From assembly GCA_964016885.1 (NCBI GenBank), contig OZ024742.1, forward strand, positions 267,406,001-267,470,000: a stretch of 64,000 nt of DNA. Direction: 5' to 3'. The notes under the pieces are model-generated. The model saw nothing but the letters and a program-made list of their open reading frames with translations. It had not been told where the DNA came from and searched no databases. This DNA is from Eledone cirrhosa. Its lineage: Eukaryota. A program made the position numbers and the translations under genes. Shown here one piece after another: positions 37,506-50,200 of this stretch (its first letter is position 1; each line of letters opens with the position of its first letter).

Positions 37506-38905
37506 TTGTTATTTTATGTTGTTTATTAAATAACTATATATATATGTAGGTATGTTTGCATGCATGCATCTATGAATGTATGTATGTATCTATCATCTAA
37601 TTTTCCTTTATTTCTTTCCTTGTCTCATGACTTTCCTTCTAAATACTCGTCAAACCCCTCGATATCTTCAACTAAAAATCAATGTAACTCTATCCAATTG
37701 TATCAATCTCACTCTCCTGCATTTATTCTTTTTCTCCAACAAAATTCTACCTCACTATTTCTTAACTTCCTTCCGGTCGTTAACATTCCACGCACTAACC
37801 AACCTCATGCGTACTATACTACCTTCCGCTGTTCTCAGAATCACACAATTTCTGTTGCAACACATCGGAATAACATCCATTCAGTTGGCGCTTTTCCAGA
37901 ATTTCTTGAGAACGGATAATCCTCTATACACCTTAGCACCAAGCTTCAGAATCTAAGAATATGCCAGAACCTAAAATCCCAGAATAATAATGCATAATTA
38001 TATTGAATTTCATTCATCGTATGATATTCAACGCTAATGCTTTTGTCAAATTGAAACTAAATCCAATTCTAAATATAGTTTAGTATTCTTGAACCTTCAC
38101 AAATTTGTTATATCATTCAACTCAATAGGAAAGGTGGATGGCAGTGCAATGCTGGTTTTCTTATTTTGTATAATTTTATTGATTCTTACGTTGGCACACG
38201 AGAAACTAAAATTGATTATATAAACTCAATTTAGATTGTAATTAATAGAGACCCAGAATGTAGAAAATAGAAGGCTGACCAGAACAAGAAATCAATTAAC
38301 ATAAGATGTAAATAGATATCACACCTTTTGTATGGTTTAGTCTGACGTATGAAAGTGGTATGTGAGGAATAGAGTAAATTACGCTTCCCCTGGATCATTC
38401 TCAGACCGGAAACATGGTCGCTTTGCTTGCAAATAAATTATGTAACACTAAATATACCTACGGAATAACTGGTTTTGATAAATCAAGTGACAGATTAGTT
38501 CTAAGCACCCAAGTATGGATAGAATATATTCGATGGTCTTCCTCAAAGTATACATCTATGCACTTTTGGGAGAAAAGTCTTGTGTAGTTTCAAGACTATA
38601 TAAGAAAACATATCACGCTGTAAGATTGAGCCATGCACCACATGATTTCGAAGCAAATTACTTCACCACGTGAATCGGCTATGCGTGAGCAACCCCATGC
38701 TAACTCCCACGCTCACACGCTCACAAACATATATGTAGTATACATATAAACATACATATATACATGGTGGGGGCATACAGATGTCCCACATTTTGGAGTG
38801 ATATAAAAAAAGAATGTGGGAGATCTTTATGTCACACTCTGTATTATTAATAAATGAAATATTGATCATCAATATCTGTGCTTCAGTGATTATTCTACAT
38901 CACTT

Positions 38906-38961
<56 letters not shown>

Positions 38962-39308
38962 GGTAAGGTGGCTTGGATATGTCCATAGGCGGTATACCTG
39001 TTGAGCACTCTATGCTCCTTCAGAGCAGAGTATGATAATATGGAAAACGAAGAATCAGTGATGCATCGAACCATAATTTATAAACGTATTACAATTGATT
39101 CTCCGGCGAACAATTCGAGGTACGATCTATTTGTGGATAGAACCTGACTCTGGATTCGGAAGTTCCTCAGATACGTTGAGCGACTTCGAAGTAAAGGAGG
39201 GGGATAAGAAGGAAGGGGAAGAAGAAGAATGGTGATGGTAGAGTCAAAATCCATTGATAAAGTCAGCGATGGAGATATTGTGTGTGTGTGTGTGTATGTG
39301 TGTGTGTG

Positions 39309-39353
<45 letters not shown>

Positions 39354-40237
39354 GAGAGGGCGAGGGAGAAAGAAAGAAAGAAGTAGAGAGAAAGAAGAAT
39401 TAATCTTTAGTGCATGTCTTATTTTATTTATCACAAGTTAAATGAAAAGCAAATTTGACATAGCAGAGAGCCAGAATGTATAATCCAATTTAGTATATCA
39501 TATACTATAATAATTTCCCAACACACCACTTTAAAAGTCCAAATATTTTCATCGTATGACATCATTGGGAGGTAGACTATTCAACGAAATTCGTTGTTCT
39601 ATATAATTATATTTACTGTCATTTTGATTTCACTCCCACCTAGGTTGAAATTGATTTTCATCCTTCATGGGCCTAATCAATAAGTTGGATTTAATTGACA
39701 GTTCCCTTTACCTAATATAATTTTGTATTAAATTTCCCTTTAACTATTCGTAAACTGGAATACAGGATTGTGTTTAAGGAATTTGGATATATTTTGCTCG
39801 TTCAGATATATAAAAATAATTCGATAAAAAGCATGAGAATGGTCTCTGCACAAGGAATGTCGATTTAAAAAATGTAAGGGCAATTTTTATTTTATTCTTT
39901 AACTTAACACGATTAAATCCTTTCTAAATTTTAAGATATTTTCAGTTCGAATGTAATATAAGCAAACATAATTTTACTTCTATTGTTAAATTATAAAACT
40001 GCTTATTTTGGGGATATATTGCTTTTTACTTGAAGAAAAAAGTAATCTTATATAGATCTGAGATTTGAGAAATATAATGCCCATGTGATCCACAGAAACA
40101 TAATGCCACGTCCTCAGGAACCAATTATATGAATAAGGAAATTGAAGAATTTTTTTTATTTATTTCTTCTTTGTTGTCATATTAGTTTCTATTTTCGTAA
40201 TAACTATATTTTACTTGATTATATTTTTCCTTTGCAG

Positions 40238-40342
40238 TTATCGTTTTAGAAAATCCTTTTTCTGTTTTGAAAGAAATAGGCCCAAGTGAAAGTTTCGAAG
40301 ATGGAAACTTTCCAAATGTTATTACACCAATTCCGAAAGATG
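40238..40342 (+). CDS. Possible internal host exon (105 bp, phase 1-1)
   Basis: tttttcctttgcag acceptor; open frame IVLENPFSVLKEIGPSESFEDGNFPNVITPIPKD; g|gtttgt donor; unique flanks. Confidence 0.4.
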
Positions 40343-40881
40343 GTTTGTATTCATTTAGCAGTGTATTCTACAATGTTAAAAACCCAACTTAGCAGCATAG
40401 ATAATCTATTTTTGATGTTTTATTCCAAGGCGAAGCCAATTCATACTTCTTTTCCAAGAACCATGATACAGACTGGCCTCTTTTGTTGATTTGTGGACAA
40501 TTTGCTGCTCTCTGAGAAGCAATTACTGGAGAAGAAATTTATATAATAACATCGCATTATTTACGCTTTCTACATTCTTCCAAAACGGAAACGCTGGCCA
40601 AAATATAATCAGAAATAAAAGTAGGTATATACTTAACGGGGACAATTATAAAAATAAAATAAAATGCTGTAATATTTGGCGATGAAGACATTTAGAGTTG
40701 GTGCCAGAGTAAAAGCATGGTGGATGATGGGGAAAATCGAAAAAATAATTTGTATAAAGGTCACAATATAGGTGAAACATAATATTCGTGATAGCATAAT
40801 AATGTATAATAATGAGATATAATATATCAGTATATATGTATAATGTATTATACATGTATTATATATATGTGTACACACACA

Positions 40882-40929
<48 letters not shown>

Positions 40930-43859
40930 AGGGTGATTCTAGGAACTGTGGAGTGTAAGATTGAGTCCATTCGGAAAAGTAAGATCTGCTCGATCCAGCT
41001 GCGAGTGCTTGTGGGTCCATGGTGTAAAATGAGAGAATGAGGTGTTGAAAAGTGTGGTTGGAGGAAACAGAAGTACTGAGCGACATGGGTGACTTTACCT
41101 AGTGTCTCTCTCTCTCAGTTGTTCGGCGAATCGGTTTGCCATACGGTGGCCCGATTGTCCGATGTAAATGGACCCGTAAAGGGAAAACCAGAGGCCATAG
41201 ATGACGTTGGTGGGGGTGCAGGTGAAGGTGTGGCCAATGCGAATGTGGTGAGGTTTGTAATTTAGGGATAGGTGTGACAGCTGGAGCATGATCAGGGACG
41301 GGAACCAGGGGGAATCATAGGGAAGGGATAGAAGGTCAGGAAGATTACACGTATGCTTAAAGGCAGGGATGAGTGTGCTGGGAAAGAAGTGAGAAGCGAG
41401 GGCTCAGATTTGAGGGTTCGGAAGCAATGAAGGATGCGACGATGTAGTGGTAAGGCAGACGGTTGGTAGGTAGGGCGAAAGGAAGGTGGGTATTGGCGGT
41501 GGTGGTTGGTGGATGAGGGCCTATGGTGAGAGCAGTATCATGGGCGCGGGTAAAAGCAGCTTGGATGAAAAGTTAATCCATGCGTTGTGACTGGATCGCT
41601 AAATCATGGTCCAGGCCGAGGTGGCGACGAAGACGGAGAAATTGAGAGTAGGGTATAAAAAAGTCAGTAGGAGGAGGTGAGGTCGTGGTAGGAATGGGAG
41701 TCAGTGGGTTTGTAGAAGATGGAAGTAGAAGGAGGTAGGAGTATGTGATAGAGAAAGCGAGAAGTCGATAAATTGGACGGAAGAATCGGAGAGCTGGATG
41801 AAAATACTGGATGAAAGAATGAATGGAGTCGAGTTGTCCACGGAACAGAGGTGACGACGATACAGTCGTTGAAATAAGGACCGTATAGCTCAAAACCAGT
41901 GTACTTGGAAAATATCTGGTCCTCAACGTATCCAACGAACAAGTTGGAATAGTTTGGGCCCATTCATGGCTACCCCAGAAACCTGCCGATAAAATTTTCC
42001 GAAAAAGGAAAATCCATTGAGGGGGAGTATGAGCTCAGCAAGACGGAGGAGAGTGGAAGGGCTAGGGTAAGTTGAAAAGTTGAAGAACATGTTTGGTGCA
42101 GTGGATGTGATAGGGGAAGTCGGTGATTAAGGTGGCGAGGAGGATATCAAGGAACTGTGAGATTATTTTAATAGGGCAGTTACAAGCTGAAACGATAGGA
42201 CAGCCGGGATTATTAGCTTTATGCAGATCATGAGTGCACAGGGTATATACTATAAGGTCTGTGGCTGTGGGAGGCAGAAAGAGTAGGAGATAAGTTGGCG
42301 AATGGTGGAGGAAACGAGCTGTTAATAGCCAGCGGTGAGTTCAGATGATAAAGTGCGGTAACATTGGGTGTTATGAAGCTGGCTGAGGGCTTCAGTCCTG
42401 TACAGGTCTGCGCTCACATCACCGCAGCGCCACCTTTATCGGCTAGTTTGATGACAGCGTCATCGTGATGCCGTAGGCTTGTGGAAATTGAACCAGTTCA
42501 AAGTGCGTTGACAAGTGTCCTGAAAAGAGTCGAGGTTATTGAACTGGCTAGACAACCACATCCAGTGTAATTGACTTGTGAAACAATCCGTCTAGGTTTA
42601 TGATGGTGTGTCATGACACAATCTTTAAGTTCTAGTCGACATAAGAACCGTTCTATCCCAGCACGCGTGCGAAACTCGTCGTGGTAGGTATGAAGCCCAG
42701 CCACTGGCGAGGAGGAGCGCTCAGCTTAGGTATGTGGTAGAGGGACAGCAGTAGAAGTACGTGAGGGAGTGAAGTTGTGGTGGCAGAGGGGCTGTGAATT
42801 TTGCGGGTGCGGTGTCAGTGTTGGGGAGAAAAGTGGAGTTGGGGGCTGAGAGTGGGAGTCGTAGGTCACGGGATAACAGGCTAGGGGTGGAAGTGAGGTG
42901 GGTATGTGTGGTGACGTCAGGCAAGAAGCGGAGTGGATCGAGTCTTTTTTTATTGTAACAGGTGAGAAAACTGAAGCGGAAGCGATTGAGTTGGAGGATA
43001 AATTGTATGATGGGTTGGGTGTGGAGGGGGTGGCAAGGGGGTGGTAGGCTTTGGAGGGATTTCGAATGACAGAACGGATTTAACAGACGGTGGCACGGAA
43101 AGTCGCCCGCATTCGATGGCTAGATGAGTAAGTAAGGATGTGTTCAGTGTTGGGATGTGGGGTGGAAGTTAAGACGGAGACCGTGGAGAATAAGGCGCTG
43201 GTGGGATGTAGGGTGGGAGTTAAGGCGGAGACCGTGCAGAATCAGGTGCTGGTGAGACGTGGGGTGCAAGTTAAGGCGGAGGCCATGGAGCATCAGGTGC
43301 TGGTGGAGACAGCAACTTAAAAAGGTGACACGACAATCATAGCGTGTTTTGGAGAAGATGAGTTCGGAGAGATGCAAGAAGGACTTGATGCAAATAGTGG
43401 GAAGAGGGTGGAGGAAGCGTTTGCGGGTGGAATGGAGCAGGCGGAGGAAAGCTTTGAGATTGGGCATGATTGAGGGCTGAGTGTTAGGGAGGGAGAAAAG
43501 TGACAGGGTGAGGTAAGCGGTGCGGTGGAGAAAAGATCGTGAGGGGTGGAAAGAAGAGGCGTAAACTCCACGAAAACACACGTGGAGGTTAGAGTAAGTA
43601 AAGAAGGAAACTGGACGGTGTTCGGGGTAAGAGAGATATCGAATGGTGAGATGGAGAAGGGAGAAGTTAAAAGAGAATAATGGAGAAAAAGTTATAGTGA
43701 GTCGTGGTGTATTCCTGCAAGGCAAAAAGCGAAGAAAATAATCCATTGACTCGAAAAGACATCCAGGTGGATGTTCAGGTAGTTGCAGGAATATATCCAG
43801 TTTCAGGGTGAAAATGCAACGTGAAAATCCAACAAATTTGAGAGGTACATGTAAGAGTT

Positions 43860-43862
<3 letters not shown>
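40930..43862 (-). mobile_element. Penelope-like element (Neptune-like), near full length, degenerate, between (TA)n tracts
   Basis: VIKLADKGGA, KANNPGCPIVS, GPNYSNLFVG, YKPTDSHSY, IPYSQFLRLRR, TCTPTNVIY...IYIGQS..RMANRFAE. Confidence 0.88.
43146..43306 (-). repeat. 3 x 51-bp in-frame tandem repeat in the PLE ORF N-terminus
   Basis: LHGLRLNxHPTSHQxLI repeated three times. Confidence 0.9.
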
Positions 43863-43931
<69 letters not shown>

Positions 43932-43935
<4 letters not shown>

Positions 43936-45098
43936 AATATAAATTAGCGAGAATCGCATTTCGGTTATTGGAAATTAGCGAAAAACAACTTCCGAGATGT
44001 ATGGCAAGCGCTCCATTGAAACTAGTGAACTAGAGCAACAACATACGTTAAAAGGCCAAACACAAGCCATAGAAGAGACCAAGCTATTCGGGTCAAACAA
44101 ATAATAAAATATGATTGAAAATTATACTCGGCCCCCTGGAAACGGTGGTAAAATCCAATATGGGGTTTCTGCGACTCCTAAATCAGGTACTGTCTGCTTA
44201 AACAAATAATGTTAAGCTTTTGGTATGATGATCGAACAAGGAAATCACTTTTTCAACAGGCATTTAGTTCTATGCAAAGCTAAGGAACTGACCGTTATCT
44301 GAACCCACGTGGGTGTTAGAAGGGAGACAACCCCTAGTCTTGGCGGATGAATTCATTATGTGTGGCTATTGCAAAATTGCAAAATATCACAAAACTAATT
44401 AAGCTCTCCACAGAATAGTTTTTTTTAAATTAACATAAGCTATTAATCAGTCAATAGAATTAACTAAAAAAATCAAAAAAATTAACTGGTTAATAGCTAG
44501 ACTCTGGAGATTAATACAAATATAAATTAGCGAGAATCGCATTTCGGTTATTGGAAATTAGCGAAAATCAACTTCCGAGATGTGTGGCAAGCGCTCCATA
44601 GAAACGAGTGAACTAGAGCAACAACATACGTTAAAAGGCCAAACACACTGAGACGATGGTTAAACCATTAACCGCAAAGCCATAGAAGCGACCAAGCTAT
44701 TCAGGTCAAATAAATAATAAATATGATTAAAAATTATACCCGGCCCCCCTGGAAACGGTAGTAAAACCCAATATGGGGTTTCTGAAACTCCTAAATCAGG
44801 TACTGCCTGCTTAAACAAATAATTGTTTCTACTTTAGGCACAAGGCCAGCAATTACCCAGTGCATTACTGGTACTTTATTTTATCGACCCCGTAAGGATG
44901 AAAGGCAAAGTCAACCTCGGCGGGATTTGAACTCAGATCGTAAAGGGACGTAACTATGCTGGAAAGCATGGCGTCCGACCCTCTACCGATACTGCCAATC
45001 CATCAAACAAATAATGTTAAGCTTTTGGTATGATGAAGGAAGGCACTTTTTCAACAGGCATTTAATTCTATGCAAAGCTAAGGAACTGACCGTTATCT
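43932..45098. mobile_element. Partial tandem duplication of a pLTR-like repeat (unit about 583 bp); third diverged copy at 62858-63240
   Basis: tacaaatataaattagcgagaatcgcatttcgg... at 43932 and 44515; both copies reach gaccgttatctgaa. Confidence 0.8.
44824..45004 (-). mobile_element. SINE family B with 11-bp target-site duplication
   Basis: aaacaaataat at 44813-44823 and 45005-45015; empty site in the sister copy near 44200. Confidence 0.9.
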
Positions 45099-45619
45099 GA
45101 ATATATATATATATATATGTGTGTATGTGTGTGCGTGTGTGTGTGTGTGTTAGTGTGTCTGTGTGTCTGTATATATATATGTGTGTGTGTATATGTGCGT
45201 GTGTGAGTGTGTGTGTGTATGGTACGTAAAGATTAAACAGGAAATAATACACCAAACGACACAGTACATTGAAGAAATATATTAGTTTAACGCTTGAAAT
45301 TGTAGGAAATGAGTCTTCGCATTTCAGACACTAGTCCCTCATCAAAAGATAAAGTTAGAAATAGAAGATACAATATAAATATAAAGAGTGAGAAGAGAAA
45401 GGAACAGGGGGGAATAAGTGGGGGAAACCCGTGCGTATTAAGTCAGCCATTATATATATATATATGAATCAAGATGGATGCAATAAAAACCTGTTAGACC
45501 ATTACTCACCAGATTGCTCGATACTTGGGTTAGTAGAGTTTGGTAATATGAAAAAGTAGGGTCCCCGACGGCTGAGCTCTTGCTGTTTCAACAGCTAGTT
45601 CCGAACATAAAATAATATC

Positions 45620-46018
45620 TAAACATAGAAATGACTGAACAGGTAGGCAAATCAGAGAAGCAACTGAAATAGAACTAAAAAAACCTAAGTTGAACAGAAA
45701 AACGAATAGAATAACAAAAACCATACCCAAACAAAGAATACTGATCTAAGGCAAATATAAATAAATATATACACAAGTACAATAACAACAAACACACATA
45801 AACACACACTAGTGATCAAAGATAGAATACAAAAACACGTAGACTCAGACTCCATACACCCACGAAATAGAAAACACACGCAGACGCATGCGCAAACAGA
45901 GACAGATACAAGAATAAATAAATAAAATAAAAATAGCGTAGACATTACAATACAACGGGAGGAAACATAATAGTACCACTGATGCTATCACAGATGTGTG
46001 AGGAAAGAACTTTGATAG
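45620..46018 (+). mobile_element. Penelope-like 3' end/pLTR remnant
   Basis: RQIREATEIELKKPKLNR; acgcatgcgca at 45884; degenerate hammerhead ctgatgc-tatcaca...tgtgag-gaaa near 45978; resembles the reverse complement of 62307-62620. Confidence 0.65.
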
Positions 46019-46219
46019 ACTATATATATATATATATATATATATTCATTTCCAAATAAAAAGAGAGTTAAACACTCATATTAATAACCTGTACTATTTC
46101 TAGCCGCTTTACATTCCACTCACGCCACTTTGAACTGCCTGACACACGTAGTAATTTATTCCCTCGTGTGTTATTTAGTTACATATTTTATAGTAGGTGT
46201 TTGTCGCATACAATTCTTT

Positions 46220-46305
46220 TCTCCCGCTGAAGATGCCATGGGATTATTTGTTACAAACACAAATTTCAGGGCGAAACAGATTAAATCTTTAATCTGTCCG
46301 AGAGA
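46220..46305 (+). ncRNA. Type I hammerhead ribozyme, intact core
   Basis: ucuc-c-cg CUGAAGA u gcc...ggc GAAA cagauuaaa-uc-uuuaaucug UC cg-a-gaga; GUC at 46296-46298. Confidence 0.85.
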
Positions 46306-46640
46306 TTAATAATTATTAAAACGGTTAGTACATTTTAATTCATTTTTTATCTTGTATTTTCCGTTTGTTTCATAGATTGTATTCGTCATATCAGGGAGGT
46401 CTTTCAGCACTCGTAATTTTAAACACACAATTTACTATGTTTATTTATATATACTATATACTATATACTCATATCTGTATTTTTAACCGTTGGTCAATCA
46501 AAGATTGATTGCCAGATAAATTAACTATGGAGATATAAAAGATACAGAAAGAAAACCAATCCAAACCAAACAGTGAGTGAGTTTTATTAATATCTCTGGC
46601 AATATGATATTATAACAATATGACCCTCCCCAATATATAA

Positions 46641-46641
46641 C

Positions 46642-46731
<90 letters not shown>

Positions 46732-46741
46732 CACACACACA

Positions 46742-46784
<43 letters not shown>

Positions 46785-46797
46785 ACACATATATATA

Positions 46798-46851
<54 letters not shown>

Positions 46852-46852
46852 T
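46641..46852. repeat. (CA)n(TA)n microsatellite
   Basis: Direct reading. Confidence 0.97.
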
Positions 46853-47200
46853 GTTTCCACGGCAAAATTATCTCTGAAGGCATTGTTTGAATTGAGGCTA
46901 TAGCTATAGAAGAAGACACTTGCTCAAATTGATACTGAAATCATAGAGACGAGGTTGCAAAGCAAATTACTACGTCAAACTACCACATCTGGAGCACCAA
47001 TATGTATACATGTCCGTGTGAGTGTTTGAATGAATCGAACCTCGGTTTCTTTGAAAAATAATTCAAATAGTACGAACGACATAACTATATCTATGTGAAG
47101 GCAGATTAGTATTTTACTAATATTAGGGGGCATAATCATGAAACTGATATTACGCAAGCTGGGGCTCTCAAATTGCAAGCCGTGTCACTGGCCTCCACAC

Positions 47201-47201
<1 letters not shown>

Positions 47202-47265
<64 letters not shown>
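47202..47265. repeat. (ATCT)n 5' of Tx1 element E4
   Basis: Direct reading. Confidence 0.98.
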
Positions 47266-50200
47266 AGTAAATTTTTGTAAAGTTTTCTATACAAAAACAT
47301 AATTTCTTGTGTGAACATTTATATTGTTTGATAGATTAACACCTAGGCTGAATTGTCGCTGAATGGTAACCTCAGTTTTCGACCCTGTGCGGCGAAAATT
47401 TAATATAAAAAATTATTGAAAAGTTTAAAATTTTTCCTAACTGTAACAATGTGTGACGTTGACAGCGAGAAGAGAGGGAAAGAGGCAGATATAAGCGTTT
47501 TAACTCCCTCTACTTCCATAGAAGTATCTATGGAGACAAACAACAACATAACTTCGTTTCGTAAAGAAATGGATATTTGCACAACAAAAGATGAAAATAA
47601 CAGCCCACAACAGACACCAAAAAATACAGAAAAGTAGAAATTGAAACAATTAACACTACACACGAAAAAACCAACAACAAACAACAAAACTAAAAAAAAC
47701 AACACTCACACAGACTGTAATAAAACGCATGTTGTCTGATGCGAAACAATTTATAACATTTGAAGAAAAGGGTGGATTTCATATAAACTGACCCTTGGAA
47801 ATTAAACAAGAAACAGTTCGAAGAACGGTAACATTCAGAACTGTCTCAAATCAAATAAAAAAGCCGATATTCCTCCGTCAAGGGAAAAATTGAAACCACT
47901 TTGAAAGAGGCTCTGCCGGACATTGATTTAATGCAGAGGACCTGACTTATATGGAAGTATTTAGGTACTTTTTAAAAGCGAGACCCTCACACAAAAGCAT
48001 CTGTTACACCAGTCATTACAAAAACACACACCCTTTTCCCTACTTACATGGGAAAAAGAACACAACAAATTAAAATAAATAACATACCACCATCAACATT
48101 TGGTGGATCTTAGCAGGGTTCATAGATCCAGAAAGTCGACCAGACAAAGGTGGGCGGGTACCAATTTGAAGATTCTGGTGCAGATGAGGCCGGAGAGAAT
48201 CTCCAAAATACCCGAAAAGGTCCTAGTCGACATCAACACCTATATTAACATTTCGGTTGAGGGACGAAAATCACATTGCTTTCGTTGCAATAGCACCACA
48301 CATCTAAAGACCTCCTGCTATTTACAAACACGCTCAAACAGCGACGATCCAAAAGAAAATACTGTTACCAATACCAGCACCAAAACAACCACCACCACAA
48401 CAACAACACACGAAACAAGCAAACACACCAAAAAAAACAGCCACTCAACCAACAACAACAGAAAAAATACAGACAACACCCCTGAAGAACACATCCCCAC
48501 CCCATCCCACTCCATAAAACACTAATACAAACACACACTACGAAACACCACCACCACACAATATACCGTACACCACACTCCTGACGATGATTATTCTACA
48601 ACAGATGAGGCTGTTTCTCCTTTAAGTGAAGAAGAAGGAGAGCCTCGGAAATCCCCAAAACAAAAAAGAGACACCACAAAATCTCCAAAACTCCAATCAC
48701 CAACACCAACACACAACTACAGATACAAACAACAACACAAACAACACCACAGTCAAACATCCCCCTACCAGCAAAACCAACACCAACATCACCTCAAACA
48801 CAAGCACCCACTATAAAAAGAAAACTCCCGGACGAACAACAAACTAAAACAACACAACAAAAACACAAACAACAATATGCATACATCAACACAAACAACA
48901 ATAGTTTGATGCAGGTCATCTCCAAAAACCCCAAGGGGGAGATGGAGGGCAAAACTTTCGTTAAAGCAGAATCGTCTCCGCACCTTAAACTTATAAGTGT
49001 TTCTATGGAGACCTATAGTGACACGAAGAATAAAATTCCGCAGGACGTGGGCAAGCCCTGCCAGAAACCCATCAACCGCGTCCTGTTAAAATGTTTCCCC
49101 ACAACACCCACCACAACTCCAGCACCCAAATGGAGATTGAACAACCCGATCTCCAGGAAAGGAAAAGGTAAGTGCACCTTTTCCTCCTTTTTCGCCAACT
49201 CTTCTCCACCAACATGGCTAGTTTACGACTTGGAAGCGGGAATGTGCGTGGCCTAGGGATGCCCTGGAAACAGGGCGAACTTTTAAACGAACATAGGTCA
49301 CAGGGTATGGATGATATAGCCATCAACGAGTCAAGGATCCAAAACAGGCAGCAACTAACCCCTATCTTCAATGACTTTGAGATCTACGCATCTCTCTGCC
49401 AGCCAGGAGGTGGAGGGGAATTGCTGTCGTATTTCGGAAAAACGTGGACGTCGAAGTACAGCAAGTACACTTGGACCCTGAGGGTAGACTGGTAGTCCTA
49501 GACGTGAACAGTATTGGAGGTGGCGTCTTCAGATTGGTGGCCGTTAATGCCCCAACCGGGCAATCGCAATCGCGGCCAGATTTCTTTAACCGTCTAGAGT
49601 CTTTTCTGGGAACGTCTCGCTCCTTACTTTTAGTGTAGTGGTGGTCTGGAATGGTATCCTAGATGCAGGATGGGACTATGTGGGAGCCTGTTCCAGTAGA
49701 GGGGGATGCAACAGCCTCAAAAATTTAATCGGGCAATACCAACTGGCCGATAGATATCGACTAGATTCCCGACTGCACCACAGTGGATGTGGGCAAACCG
49801 CAGCGGGACATCTAGATCGTATTTAGATAGGTTTTTCATTAGAGAGAAGGACAAGAAGATGTTAATCTGTCCACAAATGCACATGGTTTCCTACTCAGAC
49901 CACAAACTAGTCATCTGCATAGTCAACCGTGATAGAATACATAGATAAGGACCCGTATACTGGAAGCTGAACGTGTTGCTACCGACACGTAAAGCCTACA
50001 GTGAACGGATAAGTAGATTAGTTAAGCAACAATTGACGGGAGCCATCGTCAACAACAGAGCGTGGTACTCCCTCAAGAAAGTAACTAGAGTAGAGTCGAT
50101 AGACTTTAGCAGAGAGCTAGCCTTAGAGAGAAACAAAACAGAAACGGAACTAGTAGCCAAGGTAGAGGAGGCGCTTAGGAGTAGAAACGTAGCTAGAGTG

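Noticed and set aside
43740-43790. Hammerhead-like ctgaaca-tcca-cc-tgga at the Neptune 5' end
   Set aside because: GAAA box absent; too degenerate
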